From positions 248,001-312,000 of the forward strand of contig JAYWIR010000028.1 in the NCBI GenBank assembly GCA_036172245.1: 64,000 bases of DNA, in the 5' to 3' direction. The notes under the pieces were generated by a model. The model had not been told where the DNA came from, ran no database searches, and saw only the letters and a list, made by a program, of their open reading frames with translations. The translations under genes were made by a program, and so were the position numbers. The DNA comes from Raillietiella orientalis (Eukaryota). Position 1 is the stretch's first letter. Each line of letters begins with the position of its first letter. This document shows positions 37,636 through 47,260 of the stretch, piece after piece.

Positions 37636-39911
37636 CAATGCTCATCAACACCAACGAGCTCACCAACCTCATCTCGGTCATCGTGGACTGGAGAAGCTGC
37701 ACGAATCTATCCTGAGGTTGTTTAAGCTGCTGCCTGAGGTCGAAGACAGCGGCTAGAACTTCAGCATGGGCAGCTTCAGCGGGGAGCTCGCCGAGGTCGA
37801 CTCCAACCTCGGCCAGGTATCCGTGTCCGTGGACTTCATGAAGCAGGACCAGGTCGACCTCACTGAGGCACTAAACGAGTAGTGCGAGGGGTTCATCCTC
37901 TGCATCGACCGACAGGAGAGCGAACACCTCCTCCTGGAGGCGGTCCGCAATCAGACTCCTAACCAATCTCTGCGAAATTGCCGCAGGAGCGACAAGATCG
38001 CTGCATCTCGCGAACTAAAGATCATAATGCTGGGAGAGAAGCAGGGTGTACTAGAGTTGAATACGCAGGGCGCGAACGAAAGCTGCGGAACCGCGGAGAC
38101 GTCCCTCAGGAAGAAGCTCGACGTGGCCAAGGTACGCGGCACGGCGAATCCGATGTCCAGCACCGCACTCCTGCAGCAGAGGCTGAGCGTGCTGGCGGCC
38201 TCGGTAACGTCGTCTTCCAGGGCCCGCCTCGAGACTACCACGAGGTGGCGACCTTCGTGACCGGCTCGGTTTATCACCCGGTCACGTCAGGACGTTTACT
38301 AAAAAAAATAAACATACCTGTTTAGGGTAATCGGCTCTACATTGTCCGAAAATGCTCGGAACTTGCTGAGTAACCGGCACACAGGCCGACGAGGTACGCC
38401 TCAGCAGCGGAGGGGGAGAGGACAAACAGAAATAAAATCTATAATAAAAAAAACTCTGGGAAGCACGGGAAAGGATCGCTTTTCGCTGGAGGGCGTCATC
38501 TGCATCCTTTTCAGGATGCCGGCAATTTCCATCCGAGTATTCCCCAGGTGGGGTCATCTAGCTGCCGTCCTCAGAAGTGCAAGGTGAAGCGGATGGCGTC
38601 CCTAGCGCGCCGTCCTCCTCTCGCGTAGCTCCAGGCCGCCGCAATCCCACCTAGGCAGCAGCAAAGAGCCTCTGGGGATGTGGCAGGCAAAAGGGCATGT
38701 CATAAGGGGCTCTTCGTCACGTCCCGGACATTGTCCATCGGCGCACCAAGGAGAGTTGCGTAACGCAACCACAGGATCGGAGGGCAACACAGTCTACAAG
38801 CAGGTACGGGAGGGATTCCCGTTCCCCGCACAGCTGGGGTTCATAGCCCCCGGATCGAGTAAGAGAGGCAGGCGTTGCACGAGAGACCACCAGTGCAACG
38901 TCAGAAGTGCCGACTCCTGTCACTCCAGGGGGAGGGTCCGGTTGTTCTTTAGAGCTGGAAGCCACTCGAGGTCTTCCTGTGGATTCCCAGCAGCTCAACT
39001 CAGCGCAATAGCCTCTTTGGTGGGGCACTTGCGGTCTCAGAGTTCGTGAGCTGGCCCGTGGTCCAACCACCCAGCTTCCTCGTCTTCTGACTGATTTTGC
39101 AACTGACCTCCCATTTAGCCGGTTGACTGCTTTCCAGGTGCTCCCTGAGGAATGGCAGTGCTGCGGCTAGGGTGGTTCTTTGCGTCCACGCACGCGTGGT
39201 GGGCTGCACGATGACGTCCTGCAAGGAGCGGTTTTTATAGGAGTACAGCAGTCGCTATCGCATTTCCGGGTTCGTTTCGTTATTCTTAGCCCATGTGCAA
39301 ACGGTTTCCTGCAACCAGGCACTACTGCTCGCGGGCCGGCAGGAAATCCAGTCCCTGGCTTGGAGTAGCCCAAGGTTATTTCGGTGTATCCGTGGCACAG
39401 GCAACCACTCTGCAAAAGGGCCGAGACGTCGCTCCCTCCGGTGAAGGCGTGGTGCGTCTTGAAGACGGAGAATCTCCTCTGGACCCCGGTGCAGCGAAAG
39501 GAGGATGGGAGCGAGAACTGGACACACTCACTACGTCTCGAGATGATCTCCCCCGCCAGGGAGCACAGGATCGACCTGGAGGTCTTGCATCGCCTGAACT
39601 CCCGCCGCAAGAACTCCAGCCTCTTCGAGCCTTGGGGTGTTGAGGCCGCGCCAACTCGCACGCACACCATGACTTTGTCCTGCCTCCCCGCACAACCGCC
39701 GCTGACCATCGGGAGGCCTCCGACGTCCTCGCGCATCACGCGGGAGTGCAACTCAGCACCCTCTGAAACCGGGACAACGATAAGATGCGAGTGGTACTAC
39801 GTGGATGGCTGGTGGTACGGTAACTGCCGGCAGGTAAACCGGAACGGCCACTACGGGGTCGCCTCGACCTGGTACAACTTGAGCTCACACATGTGGATGC
39901 ACCTGAAGAAG
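37636..39911 (+). pseudogene. Scabrous-like coiled-coil plus fibrinogen C-terminal domain (FReD) pseudogene, interrupted by a LINE insertion
   Basis: N-part (37636-38300): LEKLHESILRLF...SGELAEVDSNLGQVSVSVDFMKQDQ with two TAG stops, then GPPRDYHEV and a frameshifted SG-VY (start of FReD). C-part (39420-39911): PVKAWCVLKTENLLWTPVQRKEDGSENW, LEVLHRL, frameshifted ASDVLAHHAGVQLSTL*NRDND, and YYVDGWWYGNCRQVNRNGHYGVASTWYNLSSHMWMHLKK. It may extend further upstream to ~37300. Confidence 0.8.
38301..39420 (-). mobile_element. L1/Tx1-like LINE remnant, copy B, inserted antisense into the FReD pseudogene
   Basis: CGERESLPYLLVDCVALRS, then RDAIRF...R*PHLGNTRMEIAGILKRMQ, with a 3'UTR that aligns by eye to copies A, C, D and E. 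Confidence 0.75.
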
Positions 39912-41231
39912 GCGTTCCCACCCTCTGACAGAACCCGGTTCCGTGTGAACGGGAAGCTGAGACCTCATCCTAACATAATAGTTCATCCCGCGATGCTGAG
40001 GCGGCCCTGGGCCTTCGGCGCGCGCGCCCACCTCCCAAGTAAATGACCCGACTATGCGGGTGCCGGACGATGCGGCGGACGAATAAAAAAGAAAGGTCTT
40101 TGATGTCGTGCACGTGCTGCTTGCAGCCTCGTGGGGCTGGAATGTGAGAGAACGCCCCATTTTTCTCTCGTCCTGGCCCCACTTTGCTTTCGGGGATGGG
40201 TGGGGGAAGGAGGTGTCCACCGAAGCCAGAGAAGAGTTTGAATCTCGATGGCTTCGCGCTGGTAGCGCCAGCTCCCGTCCTTTTCCCGAGGCGAGTGGCG
40301 TTGCTACGAGAGTCCCGGATCATCCTTTTGCGCCCGCAGAGCGGTTTCGGGGAGGAGGAGGAAAGAGCATTGAGGAAAGACCGCATGTCGCGGACCGACT
40401 TCACACACATGGGAACGCGGAGCCATTCTAGGAAGGAGGAAGCTCTACTTCTTCCCGTCCTGTACCCTCAGGGCATCCAGTCATCGGTCCTCCATCTTCG
40501 GAGAAGGGGGGTCAGGGAAGCAGAAAAGCGCAGGACTCGATCTCTCGTGGGAGGAGGAGGGGGACTGAGATGCAAACTACTCTCGTAGCGGAACGGCAAG
40601 GAAGGTGCCGTTTGTTCCACGCGGTGCGCATGCGCACCCGCGCGGAAAGTGAGGAAGGAGGGAGACACGTGCGACTCCAGCGGGATCTGCTGGTGCCCTG
40701 AGGGCGGCTTCCACAGGAGCTACTCGCAGGCCGCGAGCTGCTCCCGAGCCATAGCCGCTGCACCGTTGAACGCGTGCACACCCGACGGCAGAGAGAGGCG
40801 GACCTGTGTCCAGCCCTGAGGGTGAGCCCGTGCATCGAGAGTGGGAGGAGAAGAGGAGACGAACTTGCAAGCGCGGCGCCGCCACCGCGTCAGCTCTCTC
40901 GACGGAGAAGTATCCCTGCGACGTTCCATCTTCCGGCGTCACTTCGTTGCGCCACCTTCACGGGTAGTTGGCATTTCGCTCCCCTTCGATCTGTTCAGAA
41001 ATCGAAGTCCGGAAGAGGCGCACGGACGCCCCTGCTTGGCTTCCCCTGTCTCCATAGCGCCGCCGCCGCTCAGGACTGTGCTCCCCAGGAAGAAGTGGGG
41101 CGGTCTCAGCATCACCTCTGGTCCGCTCCTTGCCACAGAGTTCCGTGTGAAGCCTCGTGGAGACACCGCGGAATTGGCAGAGAGCTTCCGAGCATGTCCT
41201 CTGGTTGACACCCGGTCACGCAGGGCGTTTC

Positions 41232-41900
41232 TCCATAAAATCAACATACATGTCTGTGGCAGGACGTTTGATCCTGCCACGTTACTTATAACTACGAGAG
41301 GGAACCTGCCGGGAACTGGCACTCAGGTCGGCAGTAGAGGAGAAGGGAAGAAACAAAAAGAAAAAATAAAACAAAAAACATACAGTAGAAAAAAAGGGAT
41401 TCAAGAAGGAATCACTGTGTGCTGGAGGGTGTCCTCTGCATCCTTGTAGGGATGCCGGCAAGTTCCTGTTCGAAGACTCCCAGATGGGGCCAACTTGACG
41501 CTGTCCTCATGAAGAGGACAGCAAAATAGATGGCATGTCTGTCGTCCTGGTCTCCTCTGGCGTTGCTCCATGCGGCCACGATCCCGCGTAGGCAGTACAG
41601 TGCTGCTATGGGTGCAGCGGACGTGAGGACGTCGCGCAGGAAGAGGTGCTTTACAACACCTCTGGCTATGCCGCCGGAGGTTCCAAGGGTCGCAACAAAG
41701 CGTCCTCAAAGGGGACAGAGGACGACACAGTCCACTAAGAGGTGCGGTAAGGATTCCCGTTCACCCGCACCTGCCACAGTCTGGGTAGACTGGAATACTG
41801 GGGACCGCACACACCCGTGTCCAGAGATGCCGGCGGGCGTTAAGGGTATGACCACTGGGAAGAGCTGCACCTTGCATAGCCATAAAAGAGATGAACCCAA
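41232..41900 (-). mobile_element. L1/Tx1-like LINE remnant, copy C
   Basis: GERESLPHLLVDCVVLCPL, then HAIYFAVLFMRTASSWPHLGVFEQELAGIPTRMQRTPSSTQ*, and a T-rich 3'UTR with a hairpin at 41256-41280. Confidence 0.75.
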
Positions 41901-42199
41901 GGAAGATAGGTGCGACGGTGACATGAGGCCTTCGTGACAGAGGGGAGACAAAGAGAAACGCCCTTACCCTTCGACTCACTGACTCCCACCGGCAGCTGTG
42001 GGCCTCATTCAGCCTTCTTGTCCCAGGAAGGGCACTTCCTGGAAAACGCTAGGGACAGCGACTTCCGTGCAAGATGGGAAGTATCCTGTCGTATCTAAGG
42101 CAGGAAAAAACTTTTTATTGAGTGAACAACTCGGCAGCTAGCGGCCGCTGCTGCCCCAAGTGTCCTGCCAAAAGGACTTGTACTCTGGGGCGAGCTGCT

Positions 42200-42939
42200 T
42201 GCGGCACCTCTTCCGGAGGAGATGAAGTGGCCCACAGCATGTTGGGACAGTGGCACCCTCCCCCTCAGGTAGCAAGAAATGGTGTTGCTATTGTTGCATT
42301 GGGGAATCCTCTGCAGAGCACGCCTGTCTCATTGGACACGGGAGAGCGTGGATGCCCTTTGTGGAAGATGCGGAGAGAAGGAGGACACTTTCCCACACTT
42401 ATCGGTAGGCTGCTCTGCCCTTCAACCCCTTTGAGACCGTCTTTCTAGGACCTAGGAACTCCGGAGGGCGAATCCAGGGACATTTTCCGACGCTTCCTCC
42501 GGCGTACCGATCTGCTTCCAGCCGCGTCCTAAGCAGCTCTCTGCTTCTGTGTCCGTGGAATCGTGGCATGTTGGAACTTCAGAAGAGGTAGGGATAGCAG
42601 GGATGCATCCATTGGACGGAAATCTTCTTGGAGACCGTTTCCAGATGGCCCAAACTTCAACAAAAGAATGCAGAACTTGTCAGCATCCTGAATAGGAGGC
42701 AGAGGACGTCTCATGGCGAACAGTGATCCCCTCCCCCCCCCCTTCCCAAAAAAAAAGCATTCTCTCCCTCCCCTCCTCTCTGTTTCTCTTTTTTGTTTGT
42801 TTTTTTCTATGATTTTCCCTCCCCTTCGCCGCTGGAGCGGACCTCACTGGTCTGCGATTTCATCTGACTTGCCAAGGCCGGTGCCTTGGCAAGTCTTTCT
42901 CGCCACGTGTTCTACCACGACATTACAAAAAAAAAAAAA
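42200..42939 (+). mobile_element. L1/Tx1-like LINE remnant, copy E, ending in a poly(A) tract
   Basis: HWTRESVDALCGRCGEKEDTFPHLSVGC, then IHWTEIFLETVSRWPKLQQKNAELVSILNRRQRT*, a T-rich UTR, a 13-bp hairpin at 42866-42895 and an A-run at 42927-42939. Confidence 0.75.
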
Positions 42940-43299
42940 GACTTTGCATAAAATTTTAAGATAAATGCCTCCGGCAAATCCGGGTGACAATTCCTTCGAC
43001 GCAAGCGTCATCTCCGTGGTGCGGGAGCCGGGAGATGCACCTGGCGAGAGGTCGTCGGCGGGGAGGTGCGGAGGAGGGGTCGAAGGCAAAGCTGCTCGGT
43101 CGCAGCAGCAAGAGTGGCTCCCGAAGGGGCCCGCCGGAGGGGAGAAAGAGGGACGGAGAGGTTTCGGGAGAGACGAAGGAGGAAAAACGCACGCGCGCAG
43201 CTGCGCTTCCCGTGGGACCGCGCTACGTCCTTCGGCCGTCGCCAGTGCGGCGGATCCTCGCGCCTGCAGCCACCTCTGTTTCCGCCCGTTCACTCTTGG

Positions 43300-44700
43300 G
43301 CGAGCGTCTCCAGCGCCGCGAGGCTGCTTGCACTCTCCCTCCCTCTCGCCGTCCTCCTTACCTCCTGGAGAGGCACACCGATCGTCCTCGATCTCCGCGG
43401 ACCGGAGATCCATCCCGAAGAGGAACGAACCTACGTGTGAAGCAATTGAAGAGAGGAGAGGAAGGAAGGAAGGGGGGGAAAGAAAGGGGGAGGAAGCTGT
43501 CCAATCCGGGGCGGAGGCGGGCGAGAAAGTGAAATCACGAGGGAAACTTCAATCAGCCTCCAAGAGCGGAAGGAATCCTGAAGAGGTGCATTGCGGATGA
43601 GGGCGGAATTCAATCACTCCCCAGGTGGATCTCGCGAGAGCTCCTCTCCACAGGCGGAGCAGCAAGAGGGCGCTGGGGTCGCGCGCGCGCCAGCACGTTT
43701 GGTTCTGCGATCCTCCCCACGACCAAGGGAGAATTCTGATTGCGAGGCGTCGGCGGGTTGCGTGGCGACACGCGCTCCTCGAAAAGAGAAAACTGTTGCA
43801 GAAATCCCTTTCTCTCAAACGTGCCGCGAATGAGGAATCATGTTCTTCGGGGAAGGGGATGAAGGCATCTTGGAACGCCGGTCCTCGCGCGGGAGAAAGA
43901 GCGCGGGAACGTAGCCCTACTGCACTCGGGACCCCCCCCCCCTCCTCACTATGGAGATGCCTAGCAGGGGGCTTTCGTGCCGAGCGTGAGAATGGGGAAT
44001 GAGGCGCCCCCTTTCGGCCAGGTGAGCGAGCGACTTTCGCTTCTCTCCGCAATGCATCCCAGGTCGCGAAACCGGCTGCATTCCAGGAGCAGAAGCTCAT
44101 CAGGTCTTTCTCTCTCGTCAGCTCCACTGTGGACGGATCGAAGTTGCAGCGAGGCCACTCAAGATGCAGTCCGCGTGCATCCCGCGCAAACTCACCGTCC
44201 CGTCCCGAGGTGCCCAGAACGAGACCACCGTCCGAATACAGCCTCGCGAAGCAACCACCCTGAGGAAGCTGCGTCCCCAAGCTGCTCAAGGTTGACCGCG
44301 GTGCTCTTCGAAGAACGTTGGAGGAGGCCAGCTCCAGCGCTCCTGGAGCCCGAGGACGCCGCAACGGCGGTACTCTTCGAGCGGCGGACTCTCGACAGGC
44401 GCCACGTTGCACCTCTGCGCCATCGGCGCAGTCCGGGAGTCCCGGCCGCAGCGAAGGGAGGCCACTCGCATGGCAGCTGCCTTGACGAGGATGGCCGCCA
44501 GGTGGTTTCACCTCCAAGAAGAATGCGGGGAGCAGATGGGTCAGGATCAGCGAGTCGATCCCGCAGTTACGGCAGCGATTGCTGCGCTCCTTCTTCTTCA
44601 ACAGCTGCTCGCTCCGGACGATCATCGCGCATCCCGCCAAGTGTGGGCAGGCACAAAGAACTTCCCCTGCCGCGGTGCCGCCTCCCCTGAGGAAACATCC
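43300..44700 (-). mobile_element. Possible LINE ORF1/APE-endonuclease remnant
   Basis: MSFCSWNAAGF (SWNVRG-like), EEGGGVPSAV (GGGVAI-like) and SPLVVG..D..NVL (GGDFN-like) occur in the expected order. Cys-x2-Cys words (CRNCG, LRCGRD) lie upstream. Confidence 0.35.
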
Positions 44701-44727
44701 TGGCAGCAACCTATCGGCTAAATGGGA

Positions 44728-44826
44728 AATTCTTCTTCGAATTCTTCTTCGAATTCTTCTTCGAATTCTTCTTCGATTTCTTCTTCGAATTCTTCTTCGA
44801 TTTCTTCTTCGATTTCTTCTTCTTCT
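44728..44826. repeat. 12-bp minisatellite (A[A/T]TTCTTCTTCG) x~8
   Basis: Seven full units at 44728-44811 plus a degenerate eighth. It explains the low-complexity ORFs (SSSN, EEEF, RRRI, LLRI repeats) in the ORF track. Confidence 0.95.
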
Positions 44827-44929
44827 ACGACGCTCACTGGCTGGACCACGGGCCAGAAGACGGACTCTGTGACCCCATGTCCACAACCAAAAGGACTTGC
44901 GCGTCGGGACGAGCTGCCGAGAATTCCCC

Positions 44930-45640
44930 GTGAGGACCCCGAGTGGCTCCCGGCGCTCCTGAACAACTCAATACCTCCCTCTCAGTTGGCAGGAATGGGG
45001 GCTCTTGCTGCTGTACTGGGGACTGCCACGCAACGCCCGTCGATTTCACTGGACCCGAGGGCGTGTGACTTTCAGCATAAAGGATCCGAATTGCAACAGG
45101 TGCGAAGAGCGTGAAACCCTCCCGCACTTGCTCGCGGACTGTTGCCCTGCAACTGTTGTGGGGGGGGGGGGGGGACGCTCTGCAGCGGCGACCCTCCCCA
45201 CCTCATGCAGCGACCCCAGGGACGCGCTGAGACCCTTCTTTATGCGCGCCGCATCGCCGCCGGCTGCATCTCTATCAGCGCTTTGCTGCCTACGCGGGAC
45301 CCCAGCGGCCTGAAGCGACGCCAGTGGAGGAGGAAGCGGCAGGGACGCCATCCACTTCGTTCTACGTTTCTTGCGAAAGGCAACGAGATGACCCCACCTG
45401 GAGAAAACAAGAGAAGAACTTGCCAGCATCCTCGAAAGGAAGCAGAGGTCGGCCCCAGCAGGCTTTGATTCCTTCCCGTGCCCCCCAAAGTTATTTTTAT
45501 TTTATTTTTTTTTATTTTTGTTTTTTTTCCCATCCCCTCTGCTGTCGAGGTCATCCTCCCCGGTCTGCGCACCAGACACTCGGCAAGCTATGCCTACTCC
45601 AGGACTCAATAAGGCCCATAGGTCAATGGCCCTATCATTT
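44930..45640 (+). mobile_element. L1/Tx1-like LINE remnant, copy D
   Basis: LLYWGLPRNARRFHWTRGR...KDPNCNRCEERETLPHLLADC, then RDAIHFVLRFLRKATR*PHLEKTREELASILERKQR, and a T-rich 3'UTR. Confidence 0.78.
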
Positions 45641-46149
45641 GTAAACGAACCGGCGATCCCGGATGAAAATCCGGGAAGAAGTTGCTGCATTCGACGCCAG
45701 CTGCACCAAGAAAGGAGTGGCTGACTCCAGAGACTTTTGTTCCTGCCCCTTCCTTTTTTTAATTATTTACTGTCCCCTACCTCCCTCTTCGGACTTCCTC
45801 AAAAGCTGGCCGGTGTACTTCCTGCGTGCCGGTAATCATACCGTGTTCATTGCCGCTGTTCTTCCTTTCCGGAAATGCAGTTCCTGGTGACTTGTAAGTT
45901 CATCTGTTTTTAAATGAACATCCGGAGTCACCGGGTCGGAACGCAACACCTCTCGTCCCTTCTCGGGGAATCGCCGTCGGGAAAAACTTGCGGCAGCTCC
46001 ATCGCTACCAGGACACAGATCCCCGAGCGATGGTGCCCTGAAGTCCTCAGGTCATTTTCCCATTGCAGCCCTTTAGCAGACCCCATGACGCCTGGCATCG
46101 GATCCCGAGTCGGAGATGCAGAGTTCGAGAATCCCAGGGAGGCGGTTCC

Positions 46150-47260
46150 GGGTGCTTCCCCACTGCTCGTAGGACGGCGATTCTGCTCCGAAATCCCATC
46201 CGGATGCGTGGGCAACCCTGGACTTGGCGAAACACCGTCAAATGATGCAGGAGGAAAAGGGTGAGTGGGATGCGATTCGAAAAGGCGCCGGCCGATGAAG
46301 GTGCTCCTCCTGTTCCACAGACGTTCATCTTCCACCTGTTCATCTCTCATAGAGAAGCCTCCCGAGGGTCCTTTCCCGATTGGTGTAGAGATCTCTGGAC
46401 AGGAAGGCGATGCGACAAGCTCGAACAGGGAAAGCCCCCATCTCACGCGACCAATACCGAAAGGCACGTGGTGGTGATAACTGAGCATCCATCTTCCGCG
46501 CCGAAAATCAAGCAGATCTTGCAGAATTCACTCCGAGAACGTCGCCGGTGGTGCAGAGAGAGCTCTCTCTTATCGGAGAGATTCCGCCGCGAGGAACTTT
46601 CCGAACGAGCATCGAGGACGCCAAGCGCCCTTACTGGTCATCATTCGTGCGATCGTATGGCATGACGCTCCAATCATCATGAGAATAGTCGTTCATCATT
46701 TGGAACCGACAGGATGAGATGCTTTTTTGTTCGGAGGTTCTGTTTATCTGACTGCTGCCATCGATGATATCTTTGACTGCTGCAATTCCAAGCAAACTCC
46801 TGCATGCGTCTTGAAGTGGACCCTGAAAGGCAAACACGTGCATCCGACTAAAGCGCTTTTCCTCTTGAGAAAGATCACTGTCGTCCTGGTACTTGCTGGC
46901 AGCACGGCCAATCCAACGGGGCATCGGAGATGGGAGAGTGTTTGCCTCTGTGGTCATTCCTGACTGGGAAAGAGGGTTCCCAGTTCCTATCTATAAGGGC
47001 ACCCTCGTGGAGTGCAACATCCGTCTCGCGCAGTCGTTTTTGCTCCATCGGCATCGATGGACAGACATCTTTTATCCGCTCCTCAACAATTCAATAGCAC
47101 TCGCACAAGCCAGCCACACCCCACTCCCACATCCTTTTCACACACATGACCCAGTCTCTCCAGCCGTCGAGGATTGCTGTCTGTGGAGAGAACGCAGCAA
47201 ACTCGATACAGGCCAGGCCGGTCGGAAGCACCACGGAGTTCCGAATTCTAGTCGTGCTTC
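46150..47260 (+). mobile_element. Decayed P-element/THAP9-like DNA transposase
   Basis: Collinear weak motifs across frames: AILLRNPIRMRGQPW, VGCD, KPPSH...VVITEHPSSAPKIKQILQNSL (D-x-PHLxK-xx-RN-like), PSALTGHH (PKLT-x-x-H-like), MRIVVH (KMxV-like), AAIDDIFDCCNSK (DxLFDxxNS) and TQSLQ...GENAANSIQAR (QDxLENxF-like). Confidence 0.4.

Noticed and set aside
40100..41200. piggyBac-like fragment on the minus strand (FFLGSTVLSG)
   Set aside because: Single weak word; no DESM/DNxF motifs, TIRs or TTAA sites.
44728..44826. CRISPR-like array
   Set aside because: Head-to-tail 12-mer with no unique spacers, eukaryotic context and no cas genes.
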